Source: a virus (taxonomy: Duplodnaviria > Caudoviricetes). Taken from it: a DNA stretch of 50,671 nt. The notes beneath the pieces are model-generated. The model worked only from the letters and a program-made list of their open reading frames with translations, was not told the origin of the DNA and did no database searches. The stretch is from positions 1-50,671 of IMG/VR virus record IMGVR_UViG_3300003885_000005; one strand, written 5' to 3'. Within the stretch, counting starts at the first letter, position 1. The number at the start of each line of letters is the position of its first letter. The position numbers and the translations under genes are program-made. Below, piece after piece: positions 9,148 to 19,300 of the stretch.

Positions 9148-10101
9148 ATGAATAAAATGGAAGTAGTAACATATAATAAGTTCTTAGGCGTCTACAGTAG
9201 TGGTGACTCTCAAGATATACCAAAGCCCGAAGGGGCTATAGCTCTTGTAACCGCTGATAATATGGATATTAATAAGTACTTTAAACTTAAATCTAGACCT
9301 GGTAGAACATTGAAGCTATCTGGAGATTATAAGAACCTTTGGTCCGACGGCTCAGTTATCTTTGCTACTATAGATAATGACTTATATAAGCTGGTTTTAA
9401 ACCAAGACTTGACTATGTCAGCAACTCTAATCCAACAGAATGTAGGTCCAGGAATAATGAACTATGCTAGCATAGGTGAGTTAGCTTATATGACTAATGA
9501 TACTAATATCTATGCCTACCAAGACAGCGCTATTAGAGCACTTAGAACCACAACCAATCAGTTCAGAAAAACTATGCCGCCGGGATACTTACTTGAATTA
9601 CACCGGAGTAGGATGTTTATAGCTAAGACCATCCAAACCTTTGATAGTGATTCTGCCTACAAACGTACCCAAGAAATCTTGATGCAGTCTGAAGCTGGTA
9701 ACTATGAGAGATATGATACTCGGGATGATAAATCCTGGCAGTCTTTTCCAACTAGACTAACCATGATAAAGTCAGTCGGAGACGGACTCTTTGTTTCAGC
9801 CGACAAGACGTATTTCTTAAAGGGGTCATTCTTAGGCCCGAATGGAATGACGCTGACTAAAGTTGATAATTCTTCAGCGATTTTTGGTACAGCTAAAAAA
9901 ATTCGTGGAGCTATGATAGCCGGCGAGTATTACGATAATGCAGTACTCTGGGAAACCGAACTTGGTATATGTGTAGGTGGTTCTGGTGGACGCTTTAAGT
10001 ATCTTACTGAAGGAAGGAAAGATAAATCCACTGCTAGCATTGGTGCTAGTTATATTAAACGTGGCGAAATAAATCAATATGTAGTTAATAAAAAAGGTTA
10101 A
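9148..10101 (+). CDS. Putative tail/nozzle-associated structural protein
   Basis: Follows the adaptor; A.N.DI...LK.RPG N-terminal motif; beta-rich. Confidence 0.6.
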   Translation: MNKMEVVTYNKFLGVYSSGDSQDIPKPEGAIALVTADNMDINKYFKLKSRPGRTLKLSGDYKNLWSDGSVIFATIDNDLYKLVLNQDLTMSATLIQQNVGPGIMNYASIGELAYMTNDTNIYAYQDSAIRALRTTTNQFRKTMPPGYLLELHRSRMFIAKTIQTFDSDSAYKRTQEILMQSEAGNYERYDTRDDKSWQSFPTRLTMIKSVGDGLFVSADKTYFLKGSFLGPNGMTLTKVDNSSAIFGTAKKIRGAMIAGEYYDNAVLWETELGICVGGSGGRFKYLTEGRKDKSTASIGASYIKRGEINQYVVNKKG

Positions 10102-10111
10102 GGAGGGAATT

Positions 10112-10897
10112 ATGAGTATTGAATATGGTAGAGCTTTTAGAAACTTCACTCAAGGATATGGCTCTAAAAGACAGGCTATTGAAGGTGGAGTAATTGACAT
10201 TTATGATGGTTCTGGTGTGTTACCAGCATCTCCAGATGATGCAGCTACAGGGGTAAAACTAGTTAGATGCACTCTTGGTAGTGGAGCATGGACTCCAGAG
10301 GTTCTGTCTATGGGAACCATAACACTAACTGGTTCAGCTGGAACATGCACCAATATAACTGTAGACAGCATCTCAATTCTTGATGCAACTGTTACCTTTG
10401 ATACAGATTTAGCCACTACTGCCATTGCGCTAGCGCTTGCCATCAATAACACGCCTCACGTGCGAGAGCGCTATTTTGCTTATTCGTCAGGCGCGGTTGT
10501 CTATATAAGGGCCTTACATGGCACGGGCACCACGCCTAACGGTTTTGTACTTATCTCGACTACAGCTGGCGGCTTAACGGGCACTGACGTTAATCTTGGC
10601 ACTGGCGCCGCAGGCGTCGCGTCTGTTAATGGATTAAGTTACAATGCTCCTGTCAATGGTATCTTTGCTCGTGATGGTATAATGAGTGGAGTAGTACTGG
10701 CTACTGGATATGCAGCTTATTTTAGAATTACTGGCAGTGTTGCTGATGCAGGAGGTGCTGATGCAGCTCCATGGAACCAAATAAGAATCCAAGGAACCTG
10801 TGGAACAAGTGGAGCTGATTATAATATGGATACTACATATCTGATTCTTGGTGCTACTCATACAGTAGATACCTGGACTGAGACTCTGGCTGAGTAA
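10112..10897 (+). CDS. Virion structural protein
   Basis: IDIYDG..PASPDDAATG motif; G/T/A-rich. Confidence 0.65.
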   Translation: MSIEYGRAFRNFTQGYGSKRQAIEGGVIDIYDGSGVLPASPDDAATGVKLVRCTLGSGAWTPEVLSMGTITLTGSAGTCTNITVDSISILDATVTFDTDLATTAIALALAINNTPHVRERYFAYSSGAVVYIRALHGTGTTPNGFVLISTTAGGLTGTDVNLGTGAAGVASVNGLSYNAPVNGIFARDGIMSGVVLATGYAAYFRITGSVADAGGADAAPWNQIRIQGTCGTSGADYNMDTTYLILGATHTVDTWTETLAE

Positions 10898-10909
10898 GGA
10901 GATAAACTA

Positions 10910-11203
10910 ATGACGATAACTAATACTAGTACGTTAAAGCTGAGACAAATAACTTATCTACATAATGGTGAAGAATCAGCAGATGCGTTTAATGAGAGTT
11001 TAACAATATTGGATACTATATACAACTATTTTGTAGCAGGTAGATATGTGAATATTAATGAGGTTGATACCAGTATCTATACTACTGTCGGAAACTTAAC
11101 ATCCTTAGACTTTATTAATGGTGACACTTCTATAAGTGTACCAATAGTATCAGATAGGTCTACAGGAAAACCTATAATAAATAGATTAGCACTACCATAT
11201 TAA
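10910..11203 (+). CDS. Hypothetical structural protein
   Basis: AGGAG RBS, operon context. Confidence 0.6.
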   Translation: MTITNTSTLKLRQITYLHNGEESADAFNESLTILDTIYNYFVAGRYVNINEVDTSIYTTVGNLTSLDFINGDTSISVPIVSDRSTGKPIINRLALPY

Positions 11204-11215
11204 GGAGGTAATAGC

Positions 11216-11614
11216 ATGTTTTTAGATGAACTTAGTGGAGTAGTAAGAGTTTCAAGAACAGTATTGTTTGACTTTAATGACACAGCAGATCACACATTGT
11301 ATACAGTGCCAACTGGATTTAGTTTTGTTCCAACTCTGCTTGTTATTCATACTTTATCTGGAACTATGTCAGGAGCTGTGTTCTCAGCAGGGTTATCATC
11401 AGCAAAGACTGATTTTGTTGCTACAATAACTGCTTCGGGTGCAAACGGGACAACAAAGATACTGGTTATAAGACCAGATTATAATGCAACTCCAGCCGCA
11501 GGCTCAGGCTTAATGACAATTATTCCAGCCGGTAGCACCTTTGTAATCGATATGCTTACAGCGGCTGGTGTGGCTTGCACTGGAACAGTAGACTTATTTG
11601 GATATCTTTTCTAA
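11216..11614 (+). CDS. Hypothetical structural protein
   Basis: GGAGG RBS; LYTVP.G motif typical of small beta-sandwich virion proteins. Confidence 0.6.
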   Translation: MFLDELSGVVRVSRTVLFDFNDTADHTLYTVPTGFSFVPTLLVIHTLSGTMSGAVFSAGLSSAKTDFVATITASGANGTTKILVIRPDYNATPAAGSGLMTIIPAGSTFVIDMLTAAGVACTGTVDLFGYLF

Positions 11615-11640
11615 AACTGTTTGAATAAGGAGATTAATTA

Positions 11641-12462
11641 GTGGACACTTATTGGGGTTCTGGAGGTTGGTGTTATGGTGGCTGGGCTGGTGGGCCAGCT
11701 ATCAGTACCAATATATTTGCGGGTACAGCTAAGAAGGGAACACTTAGTCTCCGTAGTGGTAGTATACTTAATATAACAGCTAAGAAGGGTACATTCTCTC
11801 TAGTTGGAGTTGGTGGGGCTAACGTAAACGCTCTTGCTATGGTAGCTAAGGGAGGGACTCTGGTTGTATCAGGAATTAATGGTACAATTGGAGACTTTGT
11901 TCTAGCTGCTCAAAGAGGTACCTTAAATGTATTAGGATTTAGTTCTACATCTGGTACTTTAGCTATGGTAGCTAAGCATGGTGTATTATCTCTTAAACAG
12001 TTAGCTATACTTTGGGGTTGTACTGCTCTGTGTTTAGATAATGTAGCCAACTCGGACTATAATAATTTTGAGTTCGATTCTTTTGCTGTTAAAGATGGTT
12101 ACGTAATGGCCACTAATGCTAGTGGAGTCTATCTACTTACTGGTTCTGATGATGCTGGAACAAACATAGATGTTACTGTTGAGACAGTTCAGGATGATTT
12201 AGGAGCAGGTGAGTTAAAAACGGTTCCAGATGTTTATGTTACTTATAAAGGTGGTCCTGTAGTTGTTCAAGCTGTTAATCAAAGCAATGTTAGAACTGGT
12301 TATGAAGTTGAGGCTACTACTGAAATGAGGACTAAACGAGCACGAGTGGGACAAGGAGTTGAAAAGTTGTTATGGGGAATTAGGCTAACAAATCAAGATG
12401 GTGGTTCACTTGATGTGGATAGAATCGAGATGAGACCTTATAAAAGGAGTGGAAGAATTTAA
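11641..12462 (+). CDS. Virion structural protein with internal GTL repeats
   Basis: GTG start after GGAG; repeated AKKGTL/AKGGTL/AQRGTL units. Confidence 0.6.
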   Translation: MDTYWGSGGWCYGGWAGGPAISTNIFAGTAKKGTLSLRSGSILNITAKKGTFSLVGVGGANVNALAMVAKGGTLVVSGINGTIGDFVLAAQRGTLNVLGFSSTSGTLAMVAKHGVLSLKQLAILWGCTALCLDNVANSDYNNFEFDSFAVKDGYVMATNASGVYLLTGSDDAGTNIDVTVETVQDDLGAGELKTVPDVYVTYKGGPVVVQAVNQSNVRTGYEVEATTEMRTKRARVGQGVEKLLWGIRLTNQDGGSLDVDRIEMRPYKRSGRI

Positions 12463-14172
12463 ATGTCATTAAGTGTTAGACTGTTTGGTAATAGAGTTAG
12501 GGCTCAAGAGCTTATAGGCGAAGCTAAGAGACAAATGGTTTTATTAAAGCGTTTTATGGGATTTGGAAACCTAAGTCAACTTGAGCCTCAGCCTATTCGT
12601 TTATTTGATGGTAGTACTATTAGAGTTAGAAGCTTTTTTGGGATAGATATAGTGGAAATTATTGGGGCTGGAGCACCTATTGATAAAATCGGTGAGGAGC
12701 TTGAGAAGGTTTACTTAGTCTTCCTTATTGTTGGTCAAACTGAATATGCTGTATGGAGAATAACACATAAGGATGCTTCTTTAACCTCTGCTCGTTTTGA
12801 TATAAGTAAGTATACTACATACTTTAACATTTATGCAAATAGAAGTCCGTCGGTTGTAAAGTCTTATAAAAATAAAGAGCATGTTTATACTATTGAAAAT
12901 ATAAGGGTCGATATTAAGTATTTTTACCCTACAACTGGTAATACTTTTCCTCATTATGGAAGAAGGGTTAGATCATATCTCTTACCTAGTGGCGATAAAG
13001 ATGTTGTTATAGGAGTTAGAAATTGCTTTATAGGAGGAAACTTTGACTATGATGTTTCTTATATAGATTATTCTCCCACAGATATTAGTAACTATATATT
13101 ATCAGGTAGGCACTCTTCTTATATAGACGAAGATGAAGGATTAGTGACAGACCTTTCTTTATGGAAGATTAATGCAACTTCAGGTCAGATTAAATATAAA
13201 AGTATAGGGGTACAAAAGGATGGAGCTGTAATTTCCTATGCAAAATCTAATGATATATATGCTGTTTTATCTAAGGATAAATTTATAGGAGTAGATTTGA
13301 ATAGCTATGTTTCTGTAGATGATAAAAGATATAAAGATAACCAATGTCCTGAAATCTGTGGTGATAGTCCTTCACTATATTATCAAGATTCTGGTGATAA
13401 ATATGATTATCTTTTTGGTAGTGTAACATTAGAGCACTGGTTAGGTTATTATGCTAAAATAAGGACTGCTAACTTTCATAAGATTACTTGCCCTTATGCA
13501 GGGAGTATTTGTCTAGCTGGTGATACATGTTTAAGACAGAAAATCTCTCTGATATATGATTTAGGACAAGTTAAGATGCTAGATTATGATAATATAAATA
13601 TAGATGAATCTTTTGTGGCTATATATGGTTTTTTTCAAACTGGTGTAGCTTATAGAGACCATATGGGGAATTATTGCGGCGGTGCAGCTTTTTGGGATGC
13701 GGCTTTTAAACCCATTTATTGGCATGATGCTGAAACTACAGACTATAAGCTTGTATATAGAACAAATAATGGAAGTCTTAAAACAATAACAATATGTACT
13801 TCATTTGGTGGCACAAAATATGATGCTACAATTTATTGTGGTAGTGGTGGTTGTGCTCGATGGAGTCAGTTTAGTTTAGGAACAATATATGAAGGAGAAA
13901 GATTATCTGGAGTTTCTTGTCAAGCTACAGAAAAGTATTTATTTTATACATACACTATATGGACTTATACAGGACCAGATAATGAAAGTCATTTTGATGA
14001 TGAAGATAATGATGAGTTTACTTTTAGTAAAAGAATTATAGGAATTATAGATATAAAAACTAATGAGAGAACTGAGCATATAATTGATGATACGCTCTTA
14101 GGAGATTTATATAAAGACACTTTTGATAAGGAAAAAATATCAGCAATCGGGCTACATATTCTAGAGAAATGA
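12463..14172 (+). CDS. Hypothetical tail-associated protein with a Cys/Tyr-rich, AT-rich C-terminal region
   Basis: Long ORF in the tail operon; the composition shifts after about residue 80. Confidence 0.65.
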   Translation: MSLSVRLFGNRVRAQELIGEAKRQMVLLKRFMGFGNLSQLEPQPIRLFDGSTIRVRSFFGIDIVEIIGAGAPIDKIGEELEKVYLVFLIVGQTEYAVWRITHKDASLTSARFDISKYTTYFNIYANRSPSVVKSYKNKEHVYTIENIRVDIKYFYPTTGNTFPHYGRRVRSYLLPSGDKDVVIGVRNCFIGGNFDYDVSYIDYSPTDISNYILSGRHSSYIDEDEGLVTDLSLWKINATSGQIKYKSIGVQKDGAVISYAKSNDIYAVLSKDKFIGVDLNSYVSVDDKRYKDNQCPEICGDSPSLYYQDSGDKYDYLFGSVTLEHWLGYYAKIRTANFHKITCPYAGSICLAGDTCLRQKISLIYDLGQVKMLDYDNINIDESFVAIYGFFQTGVAYRDHMGNYCGGAAFWDAAFKPIYWHDAETTDYKLVYRTNNGSLKTITICTSFGGTKYDATIYCGSGGCARWSQFSLGTIYEGERLSGVSCQATEKYLFYTYTIWTYTGPDNESHFDDEDNDEFTFSKRIIGIIDIKTNERTEHIIDDTLLGDLYKDTFDKEKISAIGLHILEK

Positions 14173-14183
14173 AGGAGGCATAA

Positions 14184-15305
14184 ATGGCTTACGTAACACA
14201 AGTAGTACCTAACAGACGCTCAGAGATAAAAGAGAATATAGTTACTCAAAAGTTCTCTGATATGACAGATCTTACAAATGATTTTTATACATTAGTAACA
14301 AGTTACGTTGCTGAGATTACTAACATTGTTGGGTCTATGCCAGATATAGATAATACAGTAGAGGAACCAGAAGTTGATCTAACCTCATTAGATACATCTA
14401 AACTTGAAGAACTGTTGAGGGACTTTCCAGTCAACCCATTAGAGAACGTGGTATGGCCAGATGTACCTAGTGACACTTTTAACTTCAATGAAGATGTTAA
14501 TTATAGTGATACATTGTTTGATAGCTTCGATACTAAACTACAAGAAGTTCTAGCCAACGCCACAACACTTCTCAGCGCATCTATTGAGAGTGATATCTTA
14601 GACCAAGAAGAAGAACGAGATGTATTAGTTAACCAAGATGCTAAAAGTGCTAAAGCCGCTGATTGGTCTGAGAGTGGATTTGAAACTCCTGGCAGTGGTC
14701 TCTTTACTACTCAAGGTCAGATTGATATAGATTATCAAAATAAAAAGCTAGACAAGTCCAGAGACATAAGAGTTGAGTCAAGGAAACTTGAGATAGATAA
14801 TATGAAACATGCTTTAGAACAGATAAATGGATTTGAGTCTATTAGAATGCAGTTCAAATCCGATTATTGGCAGAGAAAACTTGAGGCTACAAAAGCTTTA
14901 CTAGAGCGTGGCACTGCTATTTTTACAGCTCAGATAGAAATTATAAGGTCTCAAGCAGTTACATATCAGGCTATCTGCTCAGCATATTCAATGCATGCTT
15001 CAGCATTAGCTGAGTTTGCAAAAGCTAAATTCCAAGATATAAGAGCTCGAGTTGAATATGCAGCGGTGTTAGTAACTGCCAGGGTTGCAGAACTTAATTC
15101 AAAGATTAAAGAAGTTGAGACTAAGTATGGTATAGCTATGGATGGTGCTAAGACTCAAGGTGCTTTAGCTGCTCAAGTTATGGCTTCGGCCTTAGCTGCT
15201 GTATCAGCATCTGCTTCAATATCATCTACAGATAGTGCTAACGTAGCTTCAAGTATTTCAGCTTCAGAAGGTTGGACACATTATATGGATGAGTCACCGG
15301 AATAA
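14184..15305 (+). CDS. Putative internal virion (ejection) protein
   Basis: Helical and coiled-coil-like with an A/S-rich C-terminus; first of three genes ending the structural arm. Confidence 0.55.
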   Translation: MAYVTQVVPNRRSEIKENIVTQKFSDMTDLTNDFYTLVTSYVAEITNIVGSMPDIDNTVEEPEVDLTSLDTSKLEELLRDFPVNPLENVVWPDVPSDTFNFNEDVNYSDTLFDSFDTKLQEVLANATTLLSASIESDILDQEEERDVLVNQDAKSAKAADWSESGFETPGSGLFTTQGQIDIDYQNKKLDKSRDIRVESRKLEIDNMKHALEQINGFESIRMQFKSDYWQRKLEATKALLERGTAIFTAQIEIIRSQAVTYQAICSAYSMHASALAEFAKAKFQDIRARVEYAAVLVTARVAELNSKIKEVETKYGIAMDGAKTQGALAAQVMASALAAVSASASISSTDSANVASSISASEGWTHYMDESPE

Positions 15306-15325
15306 TAAATATAAGGAGGAATAGA

Positions 15326-16312
15326 ATGGCTACGTTGCAAGAGGAACTTAAAAGATTAAGAAAAGATAAAAAGTATAAAGGGCTATTCAAGAAAGGAGAT
15401 ATTACTGTTAGTGATCCTAATACTCCACCTCCAAGACCTGGACTTGCTATATCTGGTACGTCTGGTCACCGTAGACGTCCGGAGCAAATTGCGAGTTTGA
15501 AACGTAGAGAATTTAAACGTGGGATATCAGATGCTGGGGGTAAGAGATCTTACTTAGATCAGATAGCAGAGAAGTATCTTGGCGAAGATAGTAACCGAGG
15601 TATGTCTTGGCAAGAAAAAACCGGTATGCAGATTTATGATAGAGATAAACAAAGGAGATTTGATCTTAGGTCTGCTTTAAAAAAGGCTGATGAGTCTAAG
15701 TATGTTAAAGGTATCATGGCTCGTGTAACTCAAGCTGAGGCAATTGGTGGACAGATAACTGAAGAAAGAAAAGCCAAGCTTGGTTTAATGGGAGATATAA
15801 TAGGCGCTGAGGCAACTGGTGCAAGGACAGATGTTGCTGCGTCTAGTGATCTTGTTACACAGGAATATAGAAAAGCGCAGCTTGGAATAAGTTCAGCTGG
15901 TCAGAAGAGTCTAGAGCAATCTAGATTAGATACAGCTCAGTATCGTAAAGGAGTATTAGAACTTGGTGAGGCTACTAAGCCTAGTTCAGATGAGAACCAG
16001 TTAGCAACGTTAACAAGGCAAATGCAGAAGGACTTATCTGATGTTGCTCAGAGTGCTAAAGAGGCTCCAGCAGAGGAAACATATTGGGGCTTAGGTGGAC
16101 CAAATAAGGCTCAGGAACAAATTGATGCTATACGAAAATCCTATGCACCTGAGTTAAATAGAATCAAAGGTAATATGATCTTTAAAGACTTTAAGAAGAA
16201 TTTTGAGAAAAAGACTGGTAAGAAAATAACTAGGACACAATGGAACGCATATATAAAGACAGATAAAGGTAAGAAATATCTTAAAGAGCAAGGCTTGGAT
16301 ACAGGAGAATAA
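15326..16312 (+). CDS. Putative internal virion (ejection) protein
   Basis: Charged, helical sequence; precedes the giant protein. Confidence 0.55.
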   Translation: MATLQEELKRLRKDKKYKGLFKKGDITVSDPNTPPPRPGLAISGTSGHRRRPEQIASLKRREFKRGISDAGGKRSYLDQIAEKYLGEDSNRGMSWQEKTGMQIYDRDKQRRFDLRSALKKADESKYVKGIMARVTQAEAIGGQITEERKAKLGLMGDIIGAEATGARTDVAASSDLVTQEYRKAQLGISSAGQKSLEQSRLDTAQYRKGVLELGEATKPSSDENQLATLTRQMQKDLSDVAQSAKEAPAEETYWGLGGPNKAQEQIDAIRKSYAPELNRIKGNMIFKDFKKNFEKKTGKKITRTQWNAYIKTDKGKKYLKEQGLDTGE

Positions 16313-16315
16313 TCT

Positions 16316-19300
16316 ATGGCAAATGACAACTATGCTGATATAACGAACTTTATTGAATCTGAAACTAGCGTTCATGAAATGAACAAAAGTAATAAAGATA
16401 AGTTTAGTGATATAAATGAGTTTTTAGGAATAGAAGCTGAGCCAACGTCTACAGAGATTCTTATTGACCCAGAAAAGCGTGGTAAGAGTTATGGTGTATC
16501 TGGAGAGTGGGAAGATGAAAGTGGTGTACCACCAGAAATACTTACTGGTTTAAAAGGGGAGAACCGAAAAAAGAAAGCTAACTTATATAAACAGGCGACT
16601 CCTGAACAAAGAGCACTATATTTTCCGCAAACAGCTGCAACTGCTAGAGTTGTGGCTAAAGGAATTAATGCTAGACTATATGGAGCTCCTAAAGCTATTT
16701 TTGGTGATATACCTCCGTTTCAAGAATCAGAGAGCACTGCTGAATCTATAGGAACAGTTGGTGCAGAATTCTATGGTTTTTTAAAGGGCCCCTTTGCGCT
16801 AGCCAAAAGCTTATTAGGAAAAACTTGGGCTGCTAGAGAGGGTAGTATTGCAGCTAATTATGCTAGAATGATTGGAAGAGGTGGTCTTGAGCTTGGAACT
16901 GCCGGTGGAATAAGTGAAGTAATTCCCGCAGTTAGTGAAGAAGGATTAACAAGAGAAGCAGGTACTAGAGTTAATGATGCATTTAAACAAAGTGCACTAT
17001 TTGGTATGATATTTCCTGCTGCCGGAGTTATACCAACTAAACCTTTAAGAGTAGTTATTGGTGCTGGCTTGACTGATTTAGTTAGAGGTAGAGGTGAGTT
17101 TACATATGATGATACTATTAGAGGTTTACAGGATGGTACCATTGACCAACAGGAATTAGTTGATAGAGGCTTTGGGTATCTTATGGATGTATATTTTTTA
17201 ACTAGAACTCCTTCAGTAAAGAAACAAATAGAATCTCTTATACCATTTAAAAGAGTAGACAAGTTGGCATCTATGATAGCTAATGATAAGATGCAACAGG
17301 GTAAATACCAAGAAGCTGTTGATATAGTTAATGAGAGGTTTGAAAAGATTAAGAATGATCCAGAAATAAAAGAGAAGATGTCTGAGTTAGTTGGTAAAGA
17401 GTTAGAGGAGATACAGAAACAACTTAAAACTGATAAAGGAAGACAGGCTATTATAGATAAAAAGATGCCTAAAGATTTAGGTGATACACTTAAACTAAAT
17501 GCTCAAGCTAGACAAGCTGAGATAGATAGAATATCAGCCGTTGCTACAATACCAATAGAAGAAGCTCCAAAGATAGCTAAAGCAATAAAGCCACCTGAAA
17601 CAACTATGCAGAAGATTGATAAAATGATAGATGAGATAAAAACATTAGGAGAAGATATTGGTTACAAGCCAGTCCTTAAACGTGATAAATTACAAATACC
17701 AGTAGGTGAAAAGAAACCAGCTGATACTAAATTAATTGAACAGGATAAAAGAGTTCAAGAAGTTTTATCTGAAATAGAAAAGCTCGAAGGTTTAAGAACC
17801 ACAGCCGAGAAAGCTACTGGTATGAACCTCAAGTCTATATATGATAAAGCAATAAATGAAGCTATAGATACTTTACCTGAAGGTGAGAAGATCGAACTAC
17901 AATCAGCTATAAGTAACTTTAGAAAGAAAGTATATGTTACAGGTATTGAGAAGTATTATGCTGAGAAAGCAGCCGAGAAGAAAGCTACAGAGGTTGAGGT
18001 AAAGGAAAAACAAACGGCAAAGGAAACGACCCCTGTAAAGGGAAAAGAAAGCCCGGCGCCAGCCAAGCGTACGATGGAAGAGTCCGTCGCTGCTGGGGAA
18101 ATTCCGGCGCCCGAATACAAAGGCAAAGAACGGAGAGAAGTACCAGAAGCTAGACAGACAGTTATAGATGGATATGTAAGAAAGGAGCTTGGGGTTAAAG
18201 GTCTTGGTGGAAAAAAGTTAGCGCCGCTGACCAAATCTGAAAAAGAAGTTCTGGCGTTATATGAAGCTAAGCATCCTGATTATGTTAAAAAGGTTAGAGA
18301 AGATATAAAGGGGCGTGAAGAACCATCTAAAAAGGCTGCTGAGGTTGATAAGAAAAAAGAGATTGATCGGGTTGCTAAAGAGCATGATGTTAAGTATGAG
18401 GGAATACAGGAAGGTGCTGAGGGTGAAAAGTTCTATACCTTTACAGATAAAGAGACGGGTTCTACTTTTATGGTAAGTAATTTATCTAAGGTTGAGCGTA
18501 GTGTAACTGATATGAGGAAGAAGTTTAAAGAAGCAGAGAAGGAACCTAAAGAAGAAGTCAAAGTGGAACCTGATGCTGAGCTCTCTAAGACAGAAGTCAG
18601 TATAAAAGAACTTGGTGAGCTTACTCCTACGCAACTGGTTGAGAGAGCTAAGAAGGTGGGGCTCGAGCAAACGGTATGGAGTAAAGCTCTTTCAAATCGT
18701 GAGTATGTAGAGAGGCAGATAGTGGGGAAGGAAGGGAAGCCGTTTGAGGAAATGGTGAAGGAACCAGAGATTAAAATTGAGCCTGAGATTAAACCTGGTT
18801 TAAGAACTAAGTTCCAAAAGATCCTTGCCCAAGATAAGCTAACCCAAGAAGATATTAAGTGGCTTAAAGAAAACAAGGAAGCTCTGGATTTAACTCCAGA
18901 GGAAACCCAAGCCATTAAAATGCGTATGGCTGGTAAGCTTGTTAAAAGAATTATATCAGAGGAGAAGTTTCAAAAGAACTCAGAGTCTATTAAAAAGTAT
19001 CTTAAAGGTTTGAAGGTATTTACTGGGGTTCCAGACCCAAAGATTATAAAGGCTATGTCTGAAAATGCTATTTATCATATTGAAAGAAAAGCTACAAGCT
19101 TTTATCAATGGTCTCAAAAGATGATTAAAGAGTTTGGCAATAAAATTAGACCTATTCTACACCAAGCTTGGACTAATGCCCAGAACCATATTAATAGTGC
19201 TCGGGGGTATGAAGCTTATAAAGGGCGTATAGTTGCCGGAGATAAATTTAGTAAGGTTTATATAGCAGATAGTGTAACTGAATCTCTTCAAAATGAATCT

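Noticed and set aside
12463-14172. Diversity-generating retroelement target
   Set aside because: No reverse transcriptase and no template/variable repeat pair was seen.
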